From assembly GCA_002269645.1 (NCBI GenBank), contig NIVC01002544.1:99045-163044 (forward strand): a DNA stretch of 64,000 nt. The letters are read 5' to 3'. This DNA comes from Macrostomum lignano. Its lineage: Eukaryota. This document shows positions 28,200 through 42,100 of this stretch, piece by piece; the first letter of the stretch is position 1; each line of letters opens with the position of its first letter. The position numbers and the translations under genes are program-made. A model generated the notes under the pieces. That model did no database searches. It saw only the letters and a program-made list of their open reading frames with translations, and had not been told where the DNA came from.

Positions 28200-28900
28200 G
28201 AAATGACATATTTCCCAACTGGATGTCGTGCAGTCGCTTGGGTGTCTCTCAGAGGTCACTCCTTGTGGACACCGCGGTTGTAAAATCTCGCGGCTCGTTC
28301 TGTTTGTCATCGGATCGGTGAAAATGCTTGGCTTGGTTTGCACGACGTGGCGTCTGGTCACCTTGCCTTCTTTGTTCTCCACAGACGCCACAGCTTGGCC
28401 TTCCTGTCGTATAACCATGCCCGGTGCCGCCTCAGCTTCTAGTTATCGTAAATTCCAATCCACACCGGCTCACATGCTGAGTCACCGGGCCGCGCAGCAG
28501 TTGTCCGCGCATCAGCTCTGCTGCCTTGCGATGCTCTTGATCTTGTCCGCTCCCAAGTGTCCATCACGCATCGTGTCCAGCGCCCATAGTGCTTTTTTGC
28601 ACTCTGCAGTAGAGAAGCCCATTTTCGATGACAAAATCGTCACAATCGTCAAAATCGAGTAGACTTGCTCCTGAGCTGTCCAGCCATACTTAACTTGTAC
28701 AAACAGTCTCTGCATGGTCTGATCCATCTTGGATGCACGTCTGATTTTGCTCTTGTCCGACGGCTCGTCCAGTAGATGTCCTGGACGGTGTTGACGTCAA
28801 AATTTTGTTTGCCAGCGTCGTTGGGGTTAAGCCTTGGGACTTTCTTCCAGTCTTTTGCAGACGGTAGCCAAAATCGTATCTTCCATCTATGAGCTCCAAG
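28200..28900 (-). mobile_element. Degenerate Gypsy-type integrase remnant
   Basis: Minus-strand fragments GHLGADKIKSIAR (integrase zinc-binding-like) and PGMVIRQEG...GKVTRRHVVQTK (Gypsy integrase C-terminus-like); broken by stops. Confidence 0.45.
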
Positions 28901-29329
28901 AAAAATAGAAGGCTTGGCGATGCTATTAGTTTTTAAGACTCATGCTTTCAGAAACTAAATTTCTGAGACAGGAACTTCTGATTCATTTTATCCAATGCAA
29001 TGCTCATCCTTTGCTTGACAGCTTGCTTTGTCTGATGCTTTGTATAACTTGTTCTATGAAAATATTGTTTCCATATTAGTGTTTATTCTCTTGTCAATAT
29101 TGGCGTCAACAATTTCACTTTGCCCTAAAAACTTTTGCCCTCAATTATGTTCCAGTTGATAAACAAGAGAGACTCGATTGCCAGTTTATTGAATTCGATA
29201 ATTAATCCGGTTTTGCATGACTCAGACAGCTCTGCCAGAAAGACAGTCTATTTATGCGCTATCTATTTTCTGCTTCCAAAGCGCTTGCAAGTCTCTGTAG
29301 AAAGGTACGTGTAAATAATTATAACTACC

Positions 29330-29560
29330 GGAGGGCTGTGGACCCCTGGCGCAACGCCCTTGGCGACACCGTCCCGCAACCAGCGCAATTCTGCTCATTC
29401 CGCTGACCCCTGAGCACATACGACGTACACTCGCTCACACAGGGTGTACAGCCGCCCTTGACTTTCTAATCGTCAGGCTTGTACATCTCCGTGCTTTGGA
29501 GGCCCTCATTTGTTTGAACCGCGAACGAAAACTCAATGGCTAATTTTTGAGCACAAGCCC
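29330..29560 (-). mobile_element. SINE family B copy
   Basis: Reverse complement of the central domain (GGGTGTACAGCCGCCCTTGACTTTCTAATCGTCAGGCTTGTAC). Confidence 0.6.
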
Positions 29561-30187
29561 ACGGAACTGCACCAGGTGTCGCTGCGTCAGATGCGTTTAC
29601 GGCTGCTTTGACCCCCAGAAAGATAAGCTTGCAGTGCATGAATAATTTTACTTGAATATTCCATAATTAGTGCAAGAGCGAGCCTTGTCGCTCCCTGCTA
29701 TCCCTGCTGTTATCTTTCCGTACGCGTCTGCTGCCATTACTGTGCGAACTTGAATGCCGGCATCAATAAATCTCTATTCAGACTCTGTTTTCGATAATAA
29801 ATTCTACCATGCGTCCTTGTTCTGACTAACGTGTTTCTGTCTCAGTGTTTGTAATTTATAGCCCTACCGATCGCAATCTGCTTCAAGGTCAAAGACAGAA
29901 AAAGCATTGCTGATTCTGCAGTAGCAGGTCGCACATCCGGTGTCACGAAGCTGAGACTGGAAGTGCTGGACTGTGCTAGTCAGGATGATGGCCTAAAATT
30001 ATCAGTCAGGAACTTACCATGTCCTATAAATATAATGCAAAGAGTACTAATAAAAGGCCATCTGCTTTGAATACATTAGAAAGGAATCAGGAAGCTTGGA
30101 AAAGCTACTTAAAAATATTTGTTTCGCAATGAACTCAATGACTTAAGCCACTCTTGTAAGAACTTGATTTTTAGATTAGTTTATTCC

Positions 30188-33100
30188 ATGGTGCCTGCGA
30201 TTCTAGTCCTGATTGTCTCGCTGGGACCGGGTGCTCTGGCAGACTGTAAGTACATTATTGCTGCAGCCGCGACTGATGGAGTGCTCAGCCATTGTGCCTC
30301 AAAATTGCAGGTGAGCTTCCAATTCGAAGGCATCACGTGCTGAGCACCTGGCAGTCGTCCTTTGGCGACGGGCCGACCTGTTTCTTCAACAGAACTCGCA
30401 GTGCTGAGGCCTCGGTGATCGGTGACAGAATGCAAAGCTACAGGTTTTTGCACAGCGCTGACAGGAGCCAAGCAGACGGCGGGTTTCACTGGTTCGCAGT
30501 GCAGCTCAACGAGTCAGTGCTGATCAGCTCAGTGACTGTGAAGGGCAGAGACGGTGAGAGAGGACTTGCTTAGCAGATTTGAGGATTGAAAACTAGAATA
30601 AACTCCTGAAATAGCCATGTGAAGAGCCATCCTGCTTGGTAACCATTGATTTAATCTAGAAAACCGCTCGCAAAATTGCAGACAGCGAATCCAGCGTCTA
30701 TCGTAGAAGCAGCGGAATTGAAATCTGGGCGTCCAGCAGCTTCGAAGAGATATTTTCAGGCGAGCACTGCAGCTCAGAGAGCATGAGCAGGCAGTTCAGC
30801 GAGTCCCAGCAAAATTGGACTCTGTGCGGCGTCACTGAGAGCGCAGACGCCGCTGTTTCCGGCGAACTGCTCACGGTGGAGTGCACGGCCGAGGTGGGTT
30901 GTTGCTATGCTTTAGAAAACGTCCCACTTCATAGCCATAAACTATTGAAGCACAAAAATCGAATTTTCAGGTTCGGCACTTACTGCTGCGAAAGAACATG
31001 ACGGCAGAGGCCGCCTCGCCGCCTCTTGACTTCATGAGCGCGGCCGATCTCCAGCTACAAACTGTGCAGCTCGGTGAGCACACTGAGAGTCCATCTGAAT
31101 GGAGCGTTACTAAAACTGTGCTAATAAACCGGTTGAATTCACAGGCATGTCTGCACCAGAGCTGGTGGCGGAGGGCTCCAGTTTCACAATCAGCTGCTCC
31201 CTGTCCTGCAGAGCAGCCGCGGTGAGCACAGACTCAAGCGAACTGCAGCTCTGCCTTCCAAACGGCAGCTGCACAGCAGACAATCGGCTGCAGATTCGTA
31301 GGGCGCACCCGATGCAATCCGGAAACTACACCTGCAAATTCGGCTCCTGGAAGTACTCGACTACAGTTGTTGTGTTGTGTGAGCATCTTAGCTTGAAGTT
31401 CAAATAGTTAAATCAGTTTTAGCCACTTCAAGCTTCGCATTAAAGATTTCATTCTGTGGAATTTAGGGGATTTCCCAATTCGGAGGAGCCGAGTGTTCAG
31501 CTCGTGGCAGTCGTCAGCCTATGGACGGACCTGCTTTCACAACAGAAGCGCTTCGAGGGAGGCACGAGACATTGAAAGCAGGGAGAGCAGCTACCGGTTC
31601 TTCCACAGCGGCGGCGAGAGCGAAGCAGACGGCGGGTTTCACTGGTTCTCAGTGCAGCTGAATGAGACACTGCTCATCAGATCTGTGACTGTGAAAGTGA
31701 GAGAGGGTGAGTGCCGATCAGCTGAGCTCAACATTCTTTCATAAGCGCTGGATTTCAGGTGAGACAAACTTCCCAAACTTCAGTCGGAAGCAGCACCGAC
31801 TTTCTGAGGGCCAAGGGTATCGAAATTTTCACTTCCAACCGAGTCCAAGCGATATTTTCCGGTGATCATTGCCGCTCAAAAGGCATGAGTCGCCAGTATG
31901 AGGACTCGGAGGCCTATTGGACAAAGTGCGGCCAAACTGACAAGAAGGGCAGCATCACCGCGGGAGAATCTTTAAAGGTGGACTGTGAGGCTGAGGCAAG
32001 TATTTTGAGGATATACAATCCAAATGCAGTTAGACCACGCGATTAAAAGCAAAGAACCATTTTGCACTGCTTTCCTGCAGGTCCGGCACCTGCTGCTGAG
32101 GAGAAGCAACCTTGCGGCAGGTGATGGCTACATGAACTTTGCAGATCTCTCACTTCAGGTTGTTCCTCTCAGTGAGTTCTCAAGTAGTTTACTTCTGAAG
32201 AAGGTCGATAAGAATCTTCAAGATTGCATAATTTAGCTCTTAAATTGCAGGAACTCACAGCCCTCTTGTGGTGGCTGAGAACGCCAGCTTCACAGTGAGC
32301 TGCACGGTGAACTGCAACGGCTCAGAAGTCTTCAGTCCGACTCAAGCGAGTGATTTGAAGCTGTGCTCTGCAAATGGCAGCTGCAGATCAGGTGTCAATT
32401 TTCAAATTCTTCGTGCTCAGCCTCATCACGCAGAAAAGTTTACGTGCCGATTTGGTGATCAGAAGATTTCAACAGCAGTTTCTGTGCTTTGTGAGTTCGA
32501 GCAATGAGATTTGCGCGTCTCTGAAGTTCTCCATGGGAGAGGCTAAATAACCAACCTATTTCAACACTTCAGCTCCCTCTAGGACTCAAGTTGTCGCGGA
32601 GGGCTCAAACTTCTCAGTGAACTGTTTGCTGCACTGCAGTGACGCATCAGACTGCAGGGAATTCCTCAAAACACTCAAGATTTGCCCACCAAACAGCAGC
32701 TGCACTTTGGAAAGTGAGCTGCTAATTGGTGCTGCCAGAACTTATCATTCCGGAATCTACAGGTGCAAACTGAATGCTGTTGAGGCCGCTACTGTTGTGA
32801 CGGTATTGTGTAAGTTTATCTTTCTTACCTGGTCCTGTAGTCTATAATTATGCTGACTTTGAGTCGATTTTGTTGTTGCCTTTCAAACCAATGAAGTCGC
32901 ATCTCCGAGTCAAGTGGTGGCTGAGAACTCCAGCTTCGAAGTGAGCTGCTCACTCCACAGTGGCAATGCGAATGTGAGCACAGACTCGTCTGGTGTGCAG
33001 CTGTGCCTTCCGAATGGCAGCTGCATCGCTCAGTCCCGAATTGAGATGGAGAATGCGGAGCCTCGGTACTCTGGACAATATTCGTGCGAATTCGAAACCG

Positions 33101-36100
33101 CGACAAAGTCCACCGAAGTTGCAGTTCTGAGTGGGGGTTGTCGCCTGCCGTTGATGTTTAAATAAATTCCGTTCAATATTTTATTTGACTAAATCTGAGA
33201 CTTCCATGTCTCAGATGCTGAGACACATGTACAGCTTAATATGAGGCTTATTGGACACACGCACTCCCACCTGTACCTGCAGCTGCGACAACCGATCAAG
33301 TAGTCGCTGAGGACTCCAGCTTCAATGTGAGCTGCATCTTGCACAGCGATGAGTACAATTTGTTTGGCAGGCCGCAGCTGTGCCTCCCAAATGGCAGCTG
33401 TTTCAACAAGACGGCACTGCAAGTTTTCAACGCAACCGCTCAGAGTTCAGGCTCCTACAGGTGCCGTCTCCGCGGGGCTGAAGTCACAGCGACTGTTTCT
33501 GTACTGTGTAAGAAACTGGCCTCTCTCTGTTTTCACTTTTATGCAGGCATTACAAATGGATTTGAATTTTTCAATTGCAGCATCGTCTAAAGATCAAGTC
33601 GTGGCTGCAAACTCCAGCTTCAAGGTCACCTGCCAGCTGCACCCTGACATCGGTGCAGATTGGAGTAGCCTACTGCTCTGCCAGCCCAACGGAAGCTGCA
33701 GCACAGGTAGTCGCATACTGCAGATTTCCAGTGCTGCACCCGAGAATGCTGGAATCTACACCTGCAGATTGGGCTTGCTGGTTGCGTCAGCCTCTGTTGC
33801 AGTGCTTTGTAAGTCCTGGCCTCTGTCATGCTGCTTAGTTAAGCACTCAGAATGTTGCCGTGACTCCTGACTTGATTTTGCCAACAGACCCGCCAAGAGT
33901 TGTTGCTATTTCGGTTTTCAACTCACACAGCTGCTCAAGTCAATCAGATGTGATCGTTCAGTTGAACTCATCTGCATCTCAGCCGGTTTCGGAGCACAGC
34001 TGCAGGGTTGATGAAGATGGACAAAGAATGAGAAATATAACGCTCCTGTCATTCGTGAGTTTCGATGGATTAGGAATTTCTGAAGGGTATTGAACTTTAG
34101 TTTGAGACTAGCAATCTACGCCCCCCGTTGGGGAGCTAAAGAAATGAAATACACGTTTTTTAATAAGCTACATGTAGCCTTGAAATCCTAAAAAATCTCC
34201 TGTCAAACTTCTAATAGCCCTATCCCCAACCCTAAACATAACCCTAAATTTAATATTTTGTCCATGAGTTTTTGCATGATGCTTCTATGATTTTTTGCAT
34301 GACGCTTCCATGATTTTTGCATGACGCTTCTATGCTAAACATTTTTAATAAGCTACATGAGCTAAGTTATAAGCTACCCTAACCCTAGCACTAACCCGAA
34401 TCTTAACGCTATAACCCTAACCCTAACCATATACCCTAACACCAACGCTAACACTAACCCTACAGCCTGACATCTGTATAAGTTTGTGAAGCGCTAGTAG
34501 TATTTTTTTAGCTTAGTATCTTAGCGTTGGGGAGCCAAAAAATGCAGTACAAGTTTTGTAATAAGCTACATGTAGCATCACTTTGCAATATCTCTCTGCA
34601 ATATTTGCATCTCTTTGCAATAATATACTGCTTTGCAAGCAGTCCCTTGTAAGCCTTGACATGTCAGTAATTCCCCCCCCCACAAGCTTTAACATTTCAA
34701 CTTCCCCTTGACATCTCAGCGATGCTCCCCATAAGCCATGAAATCTAAAAAAATCTGTCAACTTTCTAACCCTAACCCTAACCCTAACCTAACCTAACCC
34801 TAAAGCATTGACATTTCAGTAATTCTCTCTAAGAGTCATTATAGCACTACTACAGCATTATAGCGATTCCCTGCAAGCCTCGACATCGTAGGGATTCCCA
34901 AATGAATCTCTTAACTTCGACATGAAGCTTCTTATTTTTTACATTACGCTTTTTCTATCAGCGATCCCTCCCGTGAGGAGCCAACAAATAATGTAATAAA
35001 AAGTTTTCAATAGACTACATGTAGCTTCTGACTTTAGCCTTGACATCTCATTTATTCCCCCATGAGCCTTGACATCTCAGCTATTCCCCTCGTAAGCCTT
35101 GAAATGTCAGCAATGCCCCCATAAACCTTGATATCTGAAAAATCCCCTGTTAACCTTGAAACCCGCTAAAATCTAACCCTCAACCTTTGACACTACGCTT
35201 TGACATCGTAGCAATTCCCAAATTAATATTTTAACTTCGATATGACTCTTCTTTTATGTATACATAGTGCTTCTTTTCTTTTTTACATGACTCTTCTTCT
35301 ATCAGCGCCCCCCCCGTGGCGAGCCAACAAAGAAGGTAATAAAAAAATTGAGTAAACTACATGTACTTTGAAGTAGCTTCTGACTTTTGCTTTGACATCT
35401 CAGAAACCCCCCCCCCCTAATCTCAGTTATTCTCCGTGAGCCTTGACATCTCAGTAATTCTCCCAGCACAGCACAATAGCTTCATTTAATTTTTACATGA
35501 CACTTCTTTCATGTCTGACATGACGCTTCTTTTGATTTTTACATGACGCTTCTATGATTTCTAAAATGACACTTACATTAGTTTTTATATAAGGCTTCTA
35601 TGACTTTTTAAATGACGCTTCTATGATTGTTTATATGACGTTTCTATGATGTTTTTAGCTCATTAGCTTTTGATGTTTGACGCTTCTATGATTTCTTAAA
35701 TGACACTTCCATTAGTTTTTATATAAGTTTTGTAATAAGTTTTGTATAAGTTTTGTAATTTTTACATGACGCTTCTACGATTGTTTACATGACGTTTCTA
35801 TGATGTTTTTACATGACGCTTCTATGATTTTTTACATGACGCTTCTATGATTTTTTACATGACCCTTTTTTTTATTTTTACATGACGCTTCTATGATTGT
35901 CTACATGACGCTTCTATACTTTTTTACATGACGCTTGTATGATTTTTTTACATGACGCTTCTATGATTTTTTACATGACGCTTCTATGATTGTTTACATG
36001 ACGCTTCTATGATTGTTTACATGACGCTTCTATGATTTTTCTACATGACGTTTCTATGATTTTTTACATGACGCTTCTATGATTTTTACATGACGCTTCT

Positions 36101-39100
36101 ATGATGTTTTAAATGTCGCTTCTATGATTTTTTTAAATGACGCTTCTATGATTTTTTACATGACGCTTCTATGATTTTTTACATGACGCTTTTATGATTT
36201 TTACATGACGCTTCTATGATTGTTTACATGACGCTTCTATACTTTTTTACATGACGCTTGTATGATTTTTTTACATGACGCTTCTATGATTTTTTACATG
36301 ACGCTTCTATGATTGTTTACAGGACGCTTCTATGATTGTTTACATGACGCTTCTATGACTTTTTTACATGACGCTTCTATGATTGTTTACATGACGCTTC
36401 TATGATTTTTTAAATGACGCTTCTATGATTTTTATATGACGCTTCTACGATTGTTTACATGACGCTTTTATGATTGTTTACATGACGCTTCTATACTTTT
36501 TTACATGACGCTTGTATGATTTTTTTACATGACGCTTCTATGATTTTTATATGACGCTTCTACGATTGTTTACATGACGCTTCTATGATTATTTACATGA
36601 CGCTTCGATTATTTTACATGACTCTTCTATGATTTTTTACATGACGCTTCTATGATTGTTTACATGACGCTTCTATGATTGTTTACATGACGCTTCAATG
36701 ATTCTTTAAATGACGCATTTATGATTTTTATATGACGCTTCTATGATTTTTTAAATGACGCTTCTACGATTTTTTACATGACGCTTCTATGATTTTTTAA
36801 ATGACGCTTCTACGATTTTTTACATGACGCTTCTATGATTTTCACATGACGATTCTTTTTAAAAATTCTTTTAGTTTTCCTGACGTTGAAAAGCTTTAAT
36901 TAAAAAAATTATATTCTATGAAAATTCGAACCATCGTCGCTGCATTTAGCAGTTCAGTTTGTTCACCTCTAGGCTAGCTCTCATCGTTTTGATAACATCA
37001 AATTCTGCACTTATATAATTCAACACTTGAAAATCCAAGCATAGAGTAAATCACACGAAGCAGTTATGACATAATCAGTTTCTCAGTCAGTCAGTATCAG
37101 TTAACAATATGGTTACGCAATTTAAATCAAGTCTGGTGCTACGCTTCCACACTGCATTTTCAATTCAAGTCGAAGTTACAATTCAGTTATGATGCAATCT
37201 ATTTCAGAATCAGAATTCAACCAGTCAGTTTTTTTCTCTAGCATTCTTACGAGCTACAATACATTTCAAGTCGAAAAGTTTGCTTGACCTTTGCAAAAAA
37301 GCATGTTTTTCGAATATTTAATGCCTTTAGCATCGAGCAATTTCTTAGCCACGATGCATGTACAGTCACGGGAAAATTTCTGATCGAACAGTGCAAGTTC
37401 GAACAAAATCGGTCCAGCCATTTTTTCTCTAATCGATCACATAGACACAGACAGACCATTTTTAGTATATAGGACTAGCAATCTTCGCCCCCCGATGGGG
37501 GACATCTGGATAGAATCTCTGTTCTCTACAAGTAACAAAAAAACAGCTAAAAATCCTTCAAAAAGACAACAGACAAACTGCTCAAATGAAGTGCATTGCA
37601 AAAAGAAATCATCCCAAGACCGCAAGCATCCCCCAGATAGCAAGCATCCCTCAGATAGCAAGCATCCCCCAGATAGCAAGCATCCCCCAGATAGCAAGCA
37701 TCCCCCAGATAGCAAGCATCCCTCAGATAGCAAGCATCCCCCAGATAGCAAGCATCCCCCAGATAGCAAGCATCCCCCAGATAGCAAGCATCCCTCAGAT
37801 AGCAAGCATCCCCCAGATAGCAAGCATCCCCAAGATAGCAAGCATCCCCTAGATAGCAAGCATCCCCCAGATAGCAGGCATCCCCAGATAGCAAGCATCC
37901 CCAGATAGCAGGCATCCCCCAGATAGCAAGCATCCCCCAGATAGCAAGCATCCCCCAGATAGCAAGCATCCCCAAGATAGCAAGCATCCCCAAGATAGAT
38001 AGCATCCCCAAATAGTAAGCATCCACCAGACAATAAGTAGCTAGTGCGACAATTTCCTTAGCATTATAGCGGCTCCTTTAAAATTCGCTTACTTTTACGT
38101 TTGAAATTGTGTATCTTTTATGTTTAACAAGGTGGCTCTTTTATGTTATACATTGTGGCTCTTTTATGTTATACATTGTGGCTCTTTTTTGTTCTACGCT
38201 CGTACATGGTAACTCTTTTATGTTTGATACGGTGGCTTTTCAATGTCTGACATGGTGGCTCTTCTATGTTTGACATGGGGGCTCCTCTTTGTTTGACATG
38301 GGGGCTCTTCTATGTTTGACATGGGAGCTCTTCTATGTTTGACAAAGTGGCTTTTTAATGTTTGACATGGTGGCTCTATTATGTTTAACATGGTGGCTCT
38401 TTAATGTTCAAAAAGGTGGCTCTTTTATGTTTGACATGGTGGCTCTTTAATGTTTGACATGGTGGCTCTTTAATGTTTGACATGGTGGCTCTTTAATGTT
38501 AGACAAAGTAGCTCTTTAATGTTTGACATGATGGCTCTTAAATGTTAGACATGGTGGCTCTTTACGTTTTGACATGGTGGCTCTTTAATGTTGGACATGG
38601 TGGCTTTTTAATGTTAGACATGGTGGCTCTTTAATGTTCGACATAAAGTCACTTATATGTTTGACATGGTGGCTCTTTAATGTTTGACATGGTAGCTCTT
38701 TTATGTTCGACATGGTGGCTCTTTTATGTTCGAAATGGTGTCGCTTCAATGTTTGACATGGAGTTACGTATATGTTTTACATGGTGGCTCTTTTATGTTC
38801 GACATGGTGGCTCTTTAATGTTTGACATGGGGTCTCTTCAATGTTTGACATGGAGTTACGTATATGTTTGACATGGTGGCTCTTTAATGTTTTACATGGT
38901 GGCACTTTCATGTTTGACCTGGAGGCTCTTTAATATTTGACATGGTGGCTCTTTTATGTTTGACATGGTGGCTCTTTTATCTTTGACATGGTGGCTCTGT
39001 AATGTTCGACATGGAGTCATGTATATGTTTCACATGGTAGCTCTTAAATGTTCGACATGGTGGCTCTTTAATGTTCAACATGGAGTCATGTATATGTTTG

Positions 39101-42100
39101 ACATGGTGGCTCTTAAATGTTCGACATAGTGGCTCTATAATGTTTGATATGGTGGCTCTTCAATGTTTGACATGGTGGCTCTTTAATGATCGACATGGCG
39201 TCATGTATATGTTTGACATGGTAGCTCTTGAATGTTCAACATGGAGTCATGTATATGTTTTACATGGTGGCTCTTAAATGTTCGACATGGTGGCTCTTTA
39301 ATGTTTGACATAGTGTCTCTTTAATGTTTGACATGGAGTCATGTATATGTTTGCCATGGTGGCTCTTTAATGTTAGACATGGTGGCTCTTTTATGTTTTG
39401 CATGGTGGCTCTTTTATGTTCGACATGGTGTCTCTTCAATGTTTGACATGGCGTCATGTATATGTTTTACATGGATGCTCTTGTATTTTTAACATGTTGA
39501 CTCTTTAATGTTCGAAATGGTGGCTCTTAATTGCCTAACATGGAGTCACGTATATGTTTGACATGGAGTCATGCATATGCCTGATATGGTAGCTCTTTAA
39601 TGTTTTACATGGAGTCACGTATATGTTTCACATGTTGGCTATTTTATGTTTGACATGGTGGTTCTTAAATGTTCGACATGGTGGCTCTTTAATGTTTTAC
39701 ATGGTGGCACTTTCATGTTTGACCTGGTGGCTCTTTAATGTTTGACATGGTGGCTCTTTAATATTTGACATGGTGGCCCTTTTATGTTCGACATGGTGGC
39801 TCTTCAATGTTTGACATGGAGTCATGTATATGTTTGACCTGGTGGCTCTTTAATGTTTGACATGGTGGCTCTTTAATGTTTTACATGGTGGCACTTTCAT
39901 GTTTGACCTGGTGGCTCTTTAATGTTCGACATGGTCGCTCTTTAATGTTCGACATGGTGGCCCTTTAATGTTCGACATGGTGTCGCTTCAATGTTTGACA
40001 TGGAGTTACGTATATGTTTTACATGGTGGCTCTTTTATGTTCGACATGGCGTCATGTATATGTTTGACATGGTAGCTCTTGAATGTTCAACATGGAGTCA
40101 TGTATATGCTTGACATGGTAGCTCTTGAATGTTCAACATGGAGTCATGTATATGTTTGACATGGTGGCTCTTAAATGTTCGACATGGTGGCTCTTTAATG
40201 TTTGACATGGAGTCATGTATATGTTTGACATGGTAGCTCTTGAGTGTTCGACATAGAGTCATGTATATGTTTGCCATGGTGGCTCTTTAATGTTAGACAT
40301 GGTGGCTCTTTTATGTTTTGCATGGTGGCTCTTTTATGTTCGACATGGTGTCTCTTCAATGTTTGACATGGAGTCATGTATATGTTTGACATGGTGGCTC
40401 TTGTATTTTTAACATGTTGGCTCTTTAATGTTCGACATGGTGGCTCTTTAATGTCTAACATGGAGTCATGTATATGTTTGACATGGAGTCATGTATATGT
40501 CTGATATGGTAGCTCTTTAATGTTTTACATGGAGTCACGTATATGTTTCACATGGTGGCTATTTTATGTTTGACTTGGTGGTTCTTAAATGTTCGACATG
40601 GTGGCTCTTTAATGTGTTACATGGTGGCACTTTCATGTTTGACCTGGTGGCTCTTTAATGTTTTACATATAGTGTCTCTTTAATGTTTGACATGGAGTCA
40701 TGTATATGTTTGACATGGTAGCTCTTGAATGTTCGACATAGAGTCATGTATATGTTTGCCATGGTGGCTCTTTAATGTTAGACATGGTGGCACTTTCATG
40801 TTTGACCTGGTGGCTCTTTAATGTTTGACATGGTGGCTCTTTAATATTTGACATGGTGGCCCTTTAATATTTGACATGGTGGCCCTTTAATGTTCGACAT
40901 GGTGGCTCTTCAATGTTCGACATGGAGTCATGTATATGTTTGACCTGGTTGCTCTTTAATGTTTGACATTGTGGCTCTTTAATGTTCGACATGGTGGCTC
41001 TTTTAGGTTTGAAATGGTGGCTCTTAAATGTTTGACATGGTGGCTTTTTAATGTTCGACATGGTGGCTCTTTTATGTTCGACATGGCGTCATGTATATGT
41101 TTCACATGGTAGCTCTTGAATGTTCAACATGGAGTCATGTATATGTTGGACATGGTGGCTCTTTAATGTTCGACATGGTGGATCTTTAATGGTCGACATG
41201 GTGGCTCTTTAATGTTCGACATGGTAGCTCTTTAATGTTCGACATGGTGTCTCTTTAATGGTCGACATGGTGGCTCTTTAATGGTCGACATGGTGGCTCT
41301 TTAATGTTTGACATGGTGGCTCTTTAATGTTTGACATGGTGGCTCTTTAATGTTTGACATTGTGCTTTTTGTGTTTAGCATTTTGTGTTTTTAAGGTTTT
41401 TGAATAAAAAAATCTTTTTGCACTACTAAGATTCGAACCCAGATCGCTGCATTAGCAGTCCAGTCTGTTCGCATCTATGCTATCTCTTTTCAATTGGAGA
41501 TCATGAATTGTGGCCCTTATAATTAAATTCTTATAGCAAATCGGTTAGAGTAAAAAGTTATGACATAATCAATTTCTCAGTCAGCCAGTATCAGTGTCAA
41601 TTCAAGTTAGCAATATTGTTACGCAATTTAAATCAAGTTTTGTGTGCATTTGTTCGGCACTGTTTTCAACTGGTTGTGATGTAATCTTTATCACAATTGG
41701 AATTCAGTCAGTCAGTTTTTTCTCTAGCATTCTTACAATGCATTTCAGGTCGAAAGAGCTGCTTGACCTTTGCAAAAAAGCATGTTTTTCGAATATTTAA
41801 TCCCTTTAATATTGAGCAATTTCTTAGCCAAGATGCATGTACCGTCCCAGGAAAATTTCTGATCGAATGGTGCAAGTTTGAAGAAAATCGGTTGAGCCAT
41901 TTTTTCTGAAATCTATCGCATACCTACCCACATACAGACAACTCATTTTTAGTATATAGGATTTTTAGTATATAGGAAGGACTGCCTGACGGGCTGATTG
42001 CAGATCTCAAGCAGCAAAGGCTCTGTGAGCAGGTGGGCACTCGCTGGTGATGAGGCTGAGAAGCTGGGCTGGAGCAGCGGCTCAGTGAGCTGCACCGCGG

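Larger units (their letters stand above)
37475..41977 (+). mobile_element. Helitron-like element copy B, head-to-tail with A
   Basis: Starts CTAGCAATCTTCGCCCCCCGATGGG; ~550-bp 3' block (41425-41961) is homologous to 36905-37474; terminal 16-mer TTTTTAGTATATAGGA is duplicated. Confidence 0.55.

Noticed and set aside
34410-34800. CCCTAA runs as a telomere or fusion site
   Set aside because: Short, degenerate and embedded in the Helitron-like element.
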